Positions 50,214-62,279 of a DNA stretch of 64,000 bases are shown in pieces. The notes beneath the pieces were generated by a model. The model ran no database searches. It worked only from the letters and a program-made list of their open reading frames with translations, and had not been told where the DNA came from. This DNA is from Gracilinanus agilis (Eukaryota): contig NC_058134.1 in NCBI RefSeq assembly GCF_016433145.1, positions 95,686,882 to 95,750,881 of the forward strand, read 5' to 3'. The position numbers and the translations under genes are program-made. The stretch's first letter is position 1. Every line of letters begins with the position of its first letter.

Positions 50214-50717
50214 TATAAAAGGGAATTTTTAATCTTTTGCTCTAACTAAACTGGGGGAAAAACTGGCTGGCTTAGTGGACAGAGAGCCAGGCCCAAAGAT
50301 GAGGTTCTTTTACCATGGAGACTAGCCCACAGTTAAAGGAAATAGAAACTGCTCTCAGAGAGGAAGGGATGTAAGAATGAGAGTTGGACAGTGAGAGGTA
50401 AAAGCAAGCACGAAGTATGAGAAGGGGCTTTTGCTCTAAGGTTTCTTGAGGGCAAGGTGCTGCTGGCAGTTGCTGGTGACAATTGGCTGCTGTAGAATCA
50501 GATTGAAGGAGAGTGTGTGGGTTGGTAACTGTCCATTGTTTAATGAATTAGTTAGAACACATGTATAAATAGTGTAGGTTCGGCTTGGTTAGCTAGACTG
50601 AAGAGTTATAAGTGAGATTCTCTTAAATGATAGTTTTTAGATAGTTTTAGGTTGATATAAGAAGATTTAGGTAGTTTTAGTTAGTACCAGGATAGATAGT
50701 AAAATTCATTCATTCAT

Positions 50718-50757
<40 letters not shown>

Positions 50758-51041
50758 CTACCTTTTGTCTTTACTATTTTTCTCAATTAAAACAAAAATT
50801 TGTTAAATTGTTCTCCTGTCTTTGTCAAGCTCCTAATTTTAACCCCTACATTTCTTGGCAAGCCAGGTAGGAGAAGAACCTACACCCTTCCTCTCTGAGA
50901 GCAGTTTCTATTTCCTTTAACTATCGGCTGCTCTCCATGGTAACAGAACCTCTTATCTTTGGTCCTGGCTCTCTGTCCACTAAGGCCAGCCAGCTCTTTT
51001 CCCAGTTAATTTAGAGCAAGGGATTAAGAATTCCCTTTACA
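50214..51041 (+). mobile_element. ERV LTR (50214-50850), tRNA-Arg-like PBS (50856-50873) and inverted copy of the LTR 5' 160 bp (50881-51041), flanked by gggg TSD
   Basis: LTR ends cccctaca; PBS tggcaagccaggtaggag; the right arm is the reverse complement of 50214-50373 at roughly 85% identity by eye; (TC)n at 50722-50755. Confidence 0.85.
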
Positions 51042-53707
51042 GGGGGGAGTAGTAGAACTAAAGTGGCAAGGGATTTGGATGTAAGCAAAAACATAGAGAT
51101 AAAGTCAGTAAAACCTGGTAACTAGGAGAGGTAGCACCTAGGTTTTTTCTTATGGGAGAATGAATGGTAATGCCGTTGATAGAAATTATGAATAAAAGAG
51201 GAGTGATGGAAAGATACCCCAATTTTAGGTAAGTGGAGATGGAGACACCAGGATTCAGCTACTTGTTAAGTATAAACTGGAGCTGTCTATTTGGAAATTT
51301 GAATGCAACTGATGCTATGCAATTAATATTAAGTTCAAGATATTCTGTTATTGGAGAGAGAGAAAAAAAAAACAACCCCATTGTTAGTAACTCTGAAAAA
51401 GCTATAAACCTGTGTAATAGTTTGTTTTGTTTATGAGGTGATTGTCTTTTTAAATGATAATTGCATATGGTTGCATTTGCATTTTTAATGACACTAATAG
51501 CTGACTTTTATATAGCATTTCGAAGTTTGCAAAGAGGCTTTATTATGAGGCATAAGTGCTATATCCATATTACAGATGAGGAAACTGAGATTCAGCAATA
51601 TATGTCTCAGTCATGGACACTTTGCTTATAAAGTTTCAGATGATGAGATTTAAGTCTGCCCATCTGAAGACTAGCACTCTATCCTTTATACCTCATTAAG
51701 AGCCCTACTAACAGTTAATTTACAAATTAAAACCAATTTTAACAGTATACTGTACTAGTAATGTTTGACTGAATTATTCATTTTAATTTTTCTTAAAAAA
51801 GATAAACAGCCTCATTGATTAAAGACTATATTCTCAGCACAACAAATGTAGAAAATATACTTAATTTTCTGGAAAGTTCAGAGAGCAGTAAGGCATAAAA
51901 ATGGTTTCCTCTAGTTTATGGTTCTTTCACTAATTTTCTACTCTAATATTTCAAAACATTAGTGATCTTGAGTTCTCAAAAATTATGCCATAGCCTTTTG
52001 ATAGATCCTACTTAGTAGGAAGGCTTCCTAAGCATCCTCTTTGCCCCCAAGGTGATTATGGCATTCTCCCTATCTCCATTCCCCAAACCTCAATGAAGAC
52101 TTTGCTGTCTGTTGTTTTTACTCATTCTCTCTTCCTGTCAAATACCCCCACCTCTCCTCCCCAAAATTGGCAAACACTATGCCATACCAAAATGATATAT
52201 GTACATACACATGTACATATTCTTACACACAGAGCACCTTTGAAAGGAATTACCCATGCCAAAAATATCACATCTTTAAAATCACAAAGTGATATTAATT
52301 TATAGTTTATTTTGATTAACATATCTATTAGATAAAATGGAGAATCAAACTAAACTTCATTGCTGGGTCATAGAAAAGAGAAGTCACTAAGAAGGTAGAA
52401 GTGGTAGCCAAAAGTAAAAGTAGTATTTATTAAGAAAATGTTCTATTGTTTTTTGAATCCATATTAATACTGTTTTTTCCTCTTGTCACAGAATTTAGGA
52501 ACCATCTTTTATAATTTGTCAAAATGATCTTTAGATATAATTAACAAAAGCTAGATATCCCCATTTCTCTTATTACTGGCCTAAAAATCCTGGTCATTAA
52601 ACCTGGTATTTTTAAACCTTTAGAATAAACAAAAGATATGTAGTAAAGGAAAAATATATCTGTACATGTAATTCAGTTGGTTCAGAAATATTTGGCCTAT
52701 GAAAGTAGTGACCCCTTTCCAAACACACATTATTAGCTTCTATTTTAAAATTTTCTTTGAGGCTGGCCCTAGATTTTTTTTTAATCTTTTTTATAATAGT
52801 TATACTTACAAAGTACTTTTAAATGCATTACTTAATTAGTGTCCCCCAGCACCAAACACAATGCTTTAATATATGGCTAATCAGCCATTCCATTGAATTC
52901 CTCCATAATTGCCATTAAGTAGTATGCACACACCTAGAATATTGTAATCTTTTTTATTCAAACCTTGAACCTTACTTTAGATAGTTTCTCAAGTGTCTAG
53001 GTTAAGAAAAGAGAAGTGTCTGCATTCAAAAGAGAAAATTAGCAGGAAAGTAATTCTGAATACTTAAACTACAAAGCAATGAAAATGAAAAAGCAAAATT
53101 TATGTGAAATATCATTGTGATTTAACTTAAGAGTAGTCCAGTACATTTTTGACTCTTTATTAATGTTATAATTTAGATGCTGTATAAAACTTTGTGTTTG
53201 TCTTTTTCTCTAGGGAATACTGTAGTAGTAGTCAAGTGAAAGTTTCTTGATCCTGGCAAAGGTATTCCCAGGTGCTCTTATTCCCAAATTTTTACCTCAT
53301 AGTTTATCCCCACCAAGGAAGAATAAAAGATTTCCATGAGTGGATACCACGAGATCCTAGAGCATAGTATTTCTACAACTGATATTCTGAAAAGCATGTT
53401 TTTCTTCCTTGTTGGCAATAAATAGCAAAATGCAGCATCAGATTTTAGAGAGTGATGACTGTTTCTGGTTTTGAACTCATTTGAAAAATATTTATTTTCT
53501 ATTTCCTTTTGATGTATCCAGCTGAAGATGGTGTCCCCAAATGTGAATAACATCTTTAAAACAAATTCCCTTTGTGGCCTGCAACTATCTTCCTTGTCAC
53601 CGTTAAGCACCAAATGAGTTGACTCTGGTTGAAGTTGGACTAGCATGAAAAAAATATTGGATACTTAACGGTCCATTCTTATTTATTGACTTCCATATTT
53701 CTTTCAG

Positions 53708-53920
53708 CCAATTCCGGGAAATCAGATACAAGGTGGCCTTGGATGTGGAAATAACTTGCTGACCAAAACAGATTTACTAAGTGAAACCAAGAAGCAACGA
53801 AACAAACGGACTCAGAGGACTGGAGAAAAGGGAGCACCTCGTTCTAAGAAAAGAAAGAAGGATGAAGAGGAAAAGCAGTCTCTTTATTCTAACACGGACA
53901 CATTTGCCCACTTGAAACAG
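53708..53920 (+). CDS. KMT2C: KMT2C coding exon (approx. exon 44), PIPGNQIQGG...RSKKRKKDEEEKQ...FAHLKQ
   Basis: ctttcag acceptor, cag|gtgaat donor, 213 nt phase 0-0, open frame. Confidence 0.94.
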
Positions 53921-55138
53921 GTGAATTATTAGAGGCAGTTCTTTGAGGTTTGGGAGAAAACATAAAATTTTAAAAACTATTGTGACTTAACTATTAGAAT
54001 GAAAATTTTTCTATTCCTATAAGTTAATTGGAAAAAAAAAACAACTACATAGAATCATTGATGTTGATCCCATACAGAGCATATAAACCCCAGTCTCTTA
54101 ATTGATTATTTCTCTATCCATAGTGATGGTGATCCTCAGTTCAAAAAAATTATGCTGAAACCTAGTAGGAAAAGTTCTGGGACAGAAGCCTTTGTATTGA
54201 GAAGGCTTCCCTGACACTGTTTCCCTCTGTCTATAAGTGTCCTGTGAGCACCAATACGTTGAATGAATGGTTGTTTGGTATTCTTTACAAATGTGGTGAA
54301 TACCCTTCGTGTTAATGGGAAAAAATCATCTATCATTTCCTTTGGCCACAGAAACCAAGAAAATGGAGCTAAAAGACTCTTCTCCACAACAGAGATTTCT
54401 AGATTATCCCCATACTTGTTAAATTATTGACACATGCCTTTATTAATATTTTAAATATTGTATCTCTTCCAGAAACTAAAACAATGTTTCCTATATACTA
54501 TGTGCTTGATATTTTTTAAAAATAAAAATAGCTAGAATTTATTTAGAACTTTTTAAGTTTTGCAGAGTCTTTTAGCATATGTCATTTGATTTCTCACAAC
54601 AGCCCTGGGAGGCACTATTATTCCCATTTGATGGAACTGAGAAAGACAAGAAAATTAAGTCATTTTTCCAAAGTCATTCAATTATTAAATGAGCTAACTT
54701 CAAACTTGGGTCTTCCTGACTCTAGATTCATTGGTGGTTGTATCTACTGCTTCACCTAGTTGCCTAACTAAAGAGGTTTATTGAATTGAATATTAATATC
54801 AGTTTTGTTACCCCTTAGCCTGTCCTTCCTGATGTGGAGACACGAAAATTTGAGATTTGCAGAAGGCACCATTTGTTTTTCTTTTTTTTCTGGTTTAGCC
54901 ATACTAAAGAGATGAATTCCTATTTTATTTTAAAAACCCAGGTCAAAATCATATTCCTTACTCTACCTTATTAATATCCAGTGTCTTGTGGTAGGGGGAT
55001 TTTAATCATTTTATATTACATTCGGTATTCTTTGGGTTTTTACTTGCTGTCTTGCTTAAGGAAGATAATTAATTATTCCTGTTATATTGCTTTCTTCTTG
55101 TTTATCATCTGTATCACTTTTACATGTTTTTTCAATAG

Positions 55139-55303
55139 CAGCTCTCTCTGCTTCCTCTAATGGAACCAATCATTGGAGTGAACTTTGCACACTTTCTTCC
55201 TTATGGCAGTGGCCAATGTAATAGTGGAAATCGCCTTCTAGGAGCTTTTGGCAGTGCCACCCTTGAAGGGGTCTCAGATTACTATTCTCAATTGATCTAC
55301 AAG
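55139..55303 (+). CDS. KMT2C: KMT2C symmetric 55-codon exon QLSLLPLMEPIIGVNFAHFLPYGSG...DYYSQLIYK
   Basis: caatag|cag tandem acceptor, aag|gtatgg donor, 165 nt phase 0-0; recognisable KMT2C/KMT2D segment. Confidence 0.92.
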
Positions 55304-56043
55304 GTATGGATTTTTTTTCCCATCTATTTTTACCTCATCCAAACCATGATGGTTTTTCTGTGTATTATTTCTTGAAGTTTATATTGAGTTTATATTCTGA
55401 ATCTAAACTGAGAGATCGATTTTTAAAAAATTTCCCCCCAAAATTATATGATATCTTAAGGTTGTTCTTTTTGGACTGATGATTTTTTTCTCTATAAATA
55501 TGAGTTCACATTTGTGACATAGCTATAAAACACAAGAACTGCATTTTCAATATTATCAAAGAAAATGAGTTGTAATTACAATTTCATGAATTACTAGGCA
55601 TTTAGATCAGCAACACATTTCTTAATGAGAAATTGAGAAAATTTTTCAGACTTTGCATATATATATCTCTTTGGTTTAAGAATCCAGTGTTTTTTTTTTT
55701 TTTAAGTCTTACTATAGGAAAGAATTTCAGAATTTTCAAAGTTTTTTGAGAAATAAAAATCAGATGAATGAAAATTACATAAGAATATTAGAGGGCTTTT
55801 CATGTCTAAGTATCTGAGCTATAGAAATAACTAAACATACGCCATAAAAAACATTTATGTCAGGCTTAATCAAAGAATTATAGAGTTATTTTTAATTTTC
55901 CTTTTTCATCTGTCCATTTAGGTGAAAATCTTTTTAATTAAATTTACTATGATATTACCTCCATGAGCTGAACATTCTATTGAACTTTGTTTTGTTGTCA
56001 TTGTTTAAGAAAACTTAACTGTTTTAAATTTTTTGATCTCTAG

Positions 56044-56185
56044 CAGAACAACTTAAGTAACCCTCCCACACCTCCGGCTTCCCTCCCTCCTACTCCTCCT
56101 CCTGTTACCTGTCAAAAGTTGGCAAATGGCTTTGCGACTACAGAGGAACTTGCTGGCAGAGCTGGAATGTTAGTGGGCCATGATG
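56044..56185 (+). CDS. KMT2C: KMT2C coding exon (approx. exon 45), QNNLSNPPTPPASLPPTPPP...VGHD
   Basis: tctag|cag tandem acceptor, g|gtatga donor, 142 nt phase 0-1. Confidence 0.95.
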
Positions 56186-56304
56186 GTATGATGAACCTAC
56201 CACTTTTAAAATGTCAGATTATCATTCTCCTAACATATAATTCAGATTTTGTCAAATTTCATGAAATATTGACTTTAATGTTTGTTGTGCTTTTGTGTTT
56301 TCAG

Positions 56305-56452
56305 TTACCAAAGCTCTTGGGCCTAAACAGTTTCCACTGCCCTTCAAACCACAGGATGACCTCCTGGTCAGAGCTATGGCCCAGGGCCCCAAGACTGTGG
56401 ATGTTCCTGCTTCACTTCCAACACCCCCTCATAACAACCAAGAAGAATTAAG
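56305..56452 (+). CDS. KMT2C: KMT2C coding exon (approx. exon 46), (V)TKALGPK...VDVPASLPTPPHNNQEEL(R)
   Basis: gttttcag acceptor, ag|gtaaaa donor, 148 nt phase 1-2. Confidence 0.95.
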
Positions 56453-56505
56453 GTAAAAGTTTCTTTTCCTCAGAAGTGTTCTTAACATTGTTTTCACATA
56501 AAATG

Positions 56506-56507
<2 letters not shown>

Positions 56508-56551
<44 letters not shown>
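56508..56551 (+). repeat. (AC)22 microsatellite
   Basis: Perfect dinucleotide run. Confidence 0.98.
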
Positions 56552-56553
<2 letters not shown>

Positions 56554-57157
56554 AACTGTATTACATTATTATAGACTTTTTATTATAGATTTTTATCTGT
56601 TAAACTGCTTGGTTTTCTTACATATAGCTTTTGTAGAAAGTCAGTCCTGGAACCAAACTAGGGATAAGATCTATGATTTCACTGGAATAAGGATCTTGTG
56701 GTGAGGTCCCTTCTTTATTGTAGGCTGTAAATGCTATAAAAAATATATTTAAAATGCTATAAAAATAGGAAAATTTTCACTCCCATGGTAAGATGGCATA
56801 GTCTGTATCTAACATAGCAGACAGAGAAAGGAGAATAGAATGGTGCCCCAAAACCCTAGAGAAAAGAGAGTTAACTAAGGAAAGTGATCAATAGTGTCAA
56901 AGGCTGAAGAGAGGTATAGGATAAGAATTTAGAAAAGTCAATTCAGATCATTAGTAATTATGGATAGGGCAGTGTCAGGGAATGATAAGGTTGGAAATCG
57001 GATTTTAAGGGATTAAGGAGCTAGTGAAAGGAAAGAAACTGGAAATACCTAATGTAGACAGCTTTTTCAAAGAGATGAGCTACAAAGGGCAGAAGAGATG
57101 TAGGATGGTAATGGAGATGGAAGGAGCAAGTGAGGATTTTTTTTTTTTTAGGGGTGA

Positions 57158-59532
57158 TGTAAGGGGGGAAAGGGGATTTTTATTGGGTAAATATTAAAAG
57201 ATTGATCTTCAGGGGATTGAACAATTATCAGTCCCCAATTAAAGAATAACCTCAAGTTAAAATGACTTTTATGGAAATTACAAATGAGAAGAGGAAGTAA
57301 AAATAAGGAAATAAGAGAGGGGATAAGATAGGATAAGTAATCTAACACAGTAAGTAATTTTCTCTGCTCCCCTAGTTCAATCCAGTTAGATCTAATTAAC
57401 TCTCAGCTAAGGGAAATCTGGCCTTGATCCCAAGGCTGGAAAGTCAAAGGTCCATAGGGCCTCAAAGGTGAATGAAGCAAAAGCTTCAGCCACAGTCTCC
57501 ATTAAAAGGAAGTTCCTTAAGAGAAGTTCAGGAAGATTCAATCTTTACACTCACCACGTGGAATCTCACCAAGGTCTAGAGCTCCTTCAAGTTCTGGTCA
57601 CAAAACAGAGGAGCTCCTTCAGGTCCCGTTCGCGAACCAGAAGAGTGGGCCCAACTCACTGAGGTCTCTTTTTAAAGGGGCCTCTTTTGTGTCACTTCCT
57701 GTGGCCTTCTCTTAGTTTATGTGTCCAATCACAATAGATACTTTTCTCAGAACTGCCCAGGAGGTAGTCAGTAAATTCTGATTTGTCATTCATTCTAGCA
57801 CATGTGGGTCACAGACCACCCAACTTGTGAGTTAAGTGAGGATGTTTTCACCTTTGGTGATTAAATCTAAAGATGAGCAGGGTAGATTTAATCTCATTAT
57901 CACAACCCCCCTACCCTGTGATCATTTGGGAGACTCCTCAATTGATCATTTGACATAATCATCTTATACCCCTAAAAATCTTCTAACTATAATAATTAGA
58001 GATAAGAGGTAAGTAGAAGAGGTAAAAAGAGAAAAACCAAAGTTTTGCTAGGCGCATTGACAAAAAGCCAATTAGGGGGCAATCCCCTTTGGCATAAGAG
58101 TTTACAATTCAAAATAATTGTGTTCAATCCTCTCAAGTTCAATTAATTGCACCCCAAAGTTCATTCTGGATTGTCTTGATTCAGTGTAGGTTTTTGCAGG
58201 CATCTTTCTCCAAATAGTTCATTTTCTGGATTCAAAGCAGGCTTCTTTTCCTGAAAATTTTCTCGAACAAAATTTTAGATCTTGGATTTTTCTAAAATAT
58301 AATCCCCCCTGAAGAGGGTGTTGACCAACATCCCAGGTCAGCTCAGAATACATCAGTAAGTTATGGGGTATATGAGTCAGTTATCAAAAGAAAAACCAAA
58401 AACATAAAAAGAAAAACAAATAGAAGAAAAATTAAACTTAGGGAGAAATAAAAATATTCAAAATACGAATCAAAATATCAAAAATCTATGTATGTAAAAA
58501 ATTTTAAGTAAACAAGAATAACTTCATAATAGACCCTTGTATTAGGGTCCAATTAAAGTAATTTCTGTCCCATTAATCTGGACAAAATGCAGTAATATTG
58601 CAATTACCCATTGGCAGCCAAGACTACAGCAAGTTGCCATATCATAAGAGAGAAAACAGGACCAGATTTTTATGTAAAAGGGAGGTCTATATTCCCTGGT
58701 CTGATTTTAACTTCATTCTCAGGGATAGGGGAGCCAGAATGAAGGCCAACCTTTGGTACTTGACTGGCAGTAGTGGTACAAAGTGTCCTATGTCTTAAAA
58801 TATGTCAAGCATCACAACTTCGAGGCTCACACTAGGTTCAAGTCCTTTAGTATTGGCATAAAAGTTCAACAATCTTAGTTGGATAGGTGTGGTCTTTTTT
58901 TGACCTTGAGCTCCATGGCACTATTCAGTTTAAGTCTGTGCTTCTATGGCACTGTGCAATTGAAGTCTGTTCTCCTTTTTGATCTCATTTCTTAGAATCA
59001 GGCATAAACATTCATCATAGTCCCATAACATTTATCAATAAATGACAGGTTTCCATAGTCTAAAGCTTTTGGGTATGAATTCATATTAGATCAAATATTC
59101 TATTAGAAAAGTAAAAGGCAATAGCAAAATAAAAATTCAAGAATTCAATGTGTTCCCAAAAATGGTGTCCACTTTTCTATGGACTATTATCTCCAATGCT
59201 TGTGATAGGATACAGTCACTCACTTTCAATAGAAGGTGCTCTCATTACATGTGAGCAATGAATCCAAGAGTCCTTTTCTCCAATTTTTATAGCTGTTGGA
59301 GTGGTTAACAATACTTGAAACAGACCTTCCCAGGAAGGCTGAGTTGGTCCAGTGAGCTAGAAATTCTTTATATACACCTTGTCTCCCGGGTTCAGGTCAT
59401 GAAGCAAAAAATCTATTGGTCCTGCTTATAGTGCAACTCCAGATTCATGGAGTTCATGCAGTTTGTGCTGTAATTCCAGTATATAGAATTAAATCTACCC
59501 TGCCCATCTTTAGATTTAATCTCATTATCACA
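57158..59532 (-). mobile_element. Internally deleted ERV provirus: 45-bp stub of 5' LTR, integrase C-terminal remnant, non-coding interior, PPT, full 3' LTR (57158-57904)
   Basis: Both LTR copies start TGTGATAATGAGATTAAATCTA on the minus strand; PPT ggtaggggggt; peptide LHDLNPGDKVYIKNF...[29 protein letters not shown]; TSD gtga/atga in L2-like flanks. Confidence 0.88.
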
Positions 59533-60054
59533 ATGAGGTTAGCCATGCATATCTTTGTAGGCAATAGGGAATAAGCCAATAGAAGAGAGAGTTTGAAAGT
59601 GAGAGTGGAAATGATAGTGCAATCTTATTGTAAGGGATAGGATGGAATGTGATTTCTTTAATAGTTAGAGAGGTTAGCCTCAGTAATGAATAAAGCCACC
59701 TTTTCTTATAAAATAGGGGTATAAGAGGAGATAATGGCAAAAGGCATCTACTTCTTAGAAGCTGAGAAATAGGGGAGAAGAGGAAGCCATCTATAACTCA
59801 ATCATCCCTCATAGAACTGTCCTCCATGTACCTAACTAACTCTTGTTAAATCTTTATAAATTGTTAATCCCTATGTTCTATTAAGCTAATGAATTTCATG
59901 TTTGCTGATAGTGTTGTATAAGGTTTACACCCAAATTCTGTCTCTTCCTCTTATTATTTGTGATCTAAAGGATATACATTTATTTCTTGGTTTCAAATTT
60001 CTTCATATATAAGAGATATCCACATTCAGCTTACTGGTGTTCTGTTTTGATTTG

Positions 60055-60240
60055 TTTTTAACTCTTAACTCCTGTTTTAGAATCAGTATTTTGTATTGGT
60101 TTCATGGCAGAAGAACGGTAAGAGCTAGGCATTGGAGTTTAAGGGTCACCCAGCTAGGAAGTATCTAAGGTCAGATTTGAACTCAGAACCTCCTATCTCC
60201 AGGCCTGGCTCTCAATCCACTGAGCCCCTTAGCTGCCCCC
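60055..60240 (-). mobile_element. Marsupial SINE (SINE1_MD-like)
   Basis: Minus strand gggggcagctaaggggctcagtggattgagagccaggcctggag... Confidence 0.85.
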
Positions 60241-60532
60241 TCACTGTTGATGAGTTGATCAGTATTTTTTATCTCCATAAACTTTCAGATCCCCCTTTGG
60301 TCTGAATGTCTTAATAGTCTTGTAATTACTTGGTAAAAGAGGGGTGTTAGTTACACTTTATAAATTGATTAATTTGTTACTTAAATCCATGCAAAATCTA
60401 AAATGTTCATTTTTTTCTATTATAATAGGAAATTTAGTGTAAAGAGAAATAGAGAATTTTTAATGGGGGCTTTGAGAACTTAGTAGATCTTCACTAGTGA
60501 AACTACACATTTTGATTACTCCTTTCTTTCAG

Positions 60533-60711
60533 AGTACAGGATCCATGTAATGATAGGGATACTCCTGAGAGTTTTGTTCCATCTTCTTCTCCTGAAAGTG
60601 TGGTAGGAATGGAAATAAGCAGGTATCCTGACCTGTCATTGGTTAAAGAAGAACCTCCAGAGCCTGTCCCATCTCCTGTCATTCCAATTTTGCCAAGCAG
60701 CACTGGAAAAG
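60533..60711 (+). CDS. KMT2C: KMT2C coding exon (approx. exon 47), (R)VQDPCNDRDTPESFVPSSSPESV...VKEEPPEPVPSP...GK
   Basis: ctttctttcag acceptor, g|gtaaaa donor, 179 nt phase 2-1. Confidence 0.95.
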
Positions 60712-60802
60712 GTAAAATATTACCATTTTTTCCTAAACATTGTAATGTTAATGTACTTAACCTTTGTATTTTGACTCTCTCCTCACTATTATTCTTCTAA
60801 AG

Positions 60803-60945
60803 GTTCAGAAGCCAGACAAAATGATATAAAAGCTGAGCCTGGTTCAGGCACCCTTTTTTTCACCTCTCCATTTGGCCCATCCCCAAATGGGCCTAAATCT
60901 GGCCTTATATCTGTGGCAATCACTCTACATCCCACAGCTGCTGAG
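60803..60945 (+). CDS. KMT2C: KMT2C coding exon (approx. exon 48), (G)SEARQNDIKAEPG...LISVAITLHPTAAE
   Basis: ttctaaag acceptor after a 91-nt intron, gag|gtaaga donor, 143 nt phase 1-0. Confidence 0.95.
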
Positions 60946-62279
60946 GTAAGAGATAAAATGGCATACCATTTACATATATGCTTATGTGAATAGACTGTAT
61001 CTCATGAGAAATATCAAGATGATTTTTTTGATGCATTTGAAATTTGTTGAGTATTATGTTTTGCTTTTCTTTTTAATTTGGACTTGCTTTTTAATTTGGA
61101 CATTGGTATTTAATCCACATTGGTCCTGCTCTGAAAGCAGATTGAAGTATATCTTTTTTTAATTTTTGTTTTTCTTTTCTTTTTTTTTACCTGTATTTTC
61201 TTTGCAACATAGCTAATATGGAAATATGTTTTGCATGACTTCATATGTATAATTTATATTAAATTATTTGTCCCATTATGGAGCAGGAGGAGGAGAATTT
61301 AAAATTATATTTTTTTAAAGATAATTAAATTGCTTTACATGTAATTAGGAAATATTTAATGAAACTAAACATTTTTAAAAATTGTATCTTTTTAGAATGT
61401 ACTTAAAATTATTTGAAAGAAATTTTCTCTCCCATGGCCCCCTCAAATTAAAATTTAAAAAAAATCATCCCATTATAAATATGCATAATTGAGTAAGCTG
61501 CATTGACAATGTTAAAAAATGTAGTTTCCATTTTGCATTGTACAATTTCTTATTCAGCTTTGTATCCCTTGCAGTATACAGAGGTGTTCTATGAATGAAT
61601 ATATTAATATAATTGTAATATCTAATGCTAATATTAACATAATATTGATATCAGATGGTTAATATGTCTGCTGATTTTGGTATTAGTTGTCTTGTTCAGT
61701 TTTGTAACTATCCTACAATTCCTTGCATAATAAATGCTTTTTGAATTGAAGTTAATTAATGAATATTCAAAGCACTGGTGATGTGATCATTGTTACCCTG
61801 ATTTGGGACTTTATTTGGGAAAAAAATTTTTAACAATGTTTACTGGAAATGTGGTTTAGTTCGGCTTAAAATTTATTCTTTCATTTAAATATCAAACTCC
61901 TTTGAAGTAAATATTAATACTTTATTTTTCTTTAAAATTTTCCACTTTTCTCCTGATTTCTGAAATAGTATTGAATAAGACGTTCTTAATTCCTTAGTGT
62001 TGTGAATGATTTTATAATCATTCTGCTAAAAAGTGGATGGTATATAATCTTCATGTCTTCATACTAGTGGTTTTTATTCCATTTATCAAATTTCAAAAGC
62101 CATTCAAAGTTGTTTATCTTTTCAATAATGTTGTCATTTTACAAATAAATTCTCTATGTTTTTTACCTCACTCTTCATTAATTCATGAATGTTTCCTCTG
62201 GAATTCTCTGGTTTCATCATTTCTTGTGGCATAATGTTCTATTAAATACATATGCTATAATTTGTTGCCAGTAGATCAT

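Noticed and set aside
53278-53646. 122-aa minus-strand ORF and a possible acceptor at 53522
   Set aside because: No homology recognised; the 53522 frame hits several stops before the real exon and has no clear donor.
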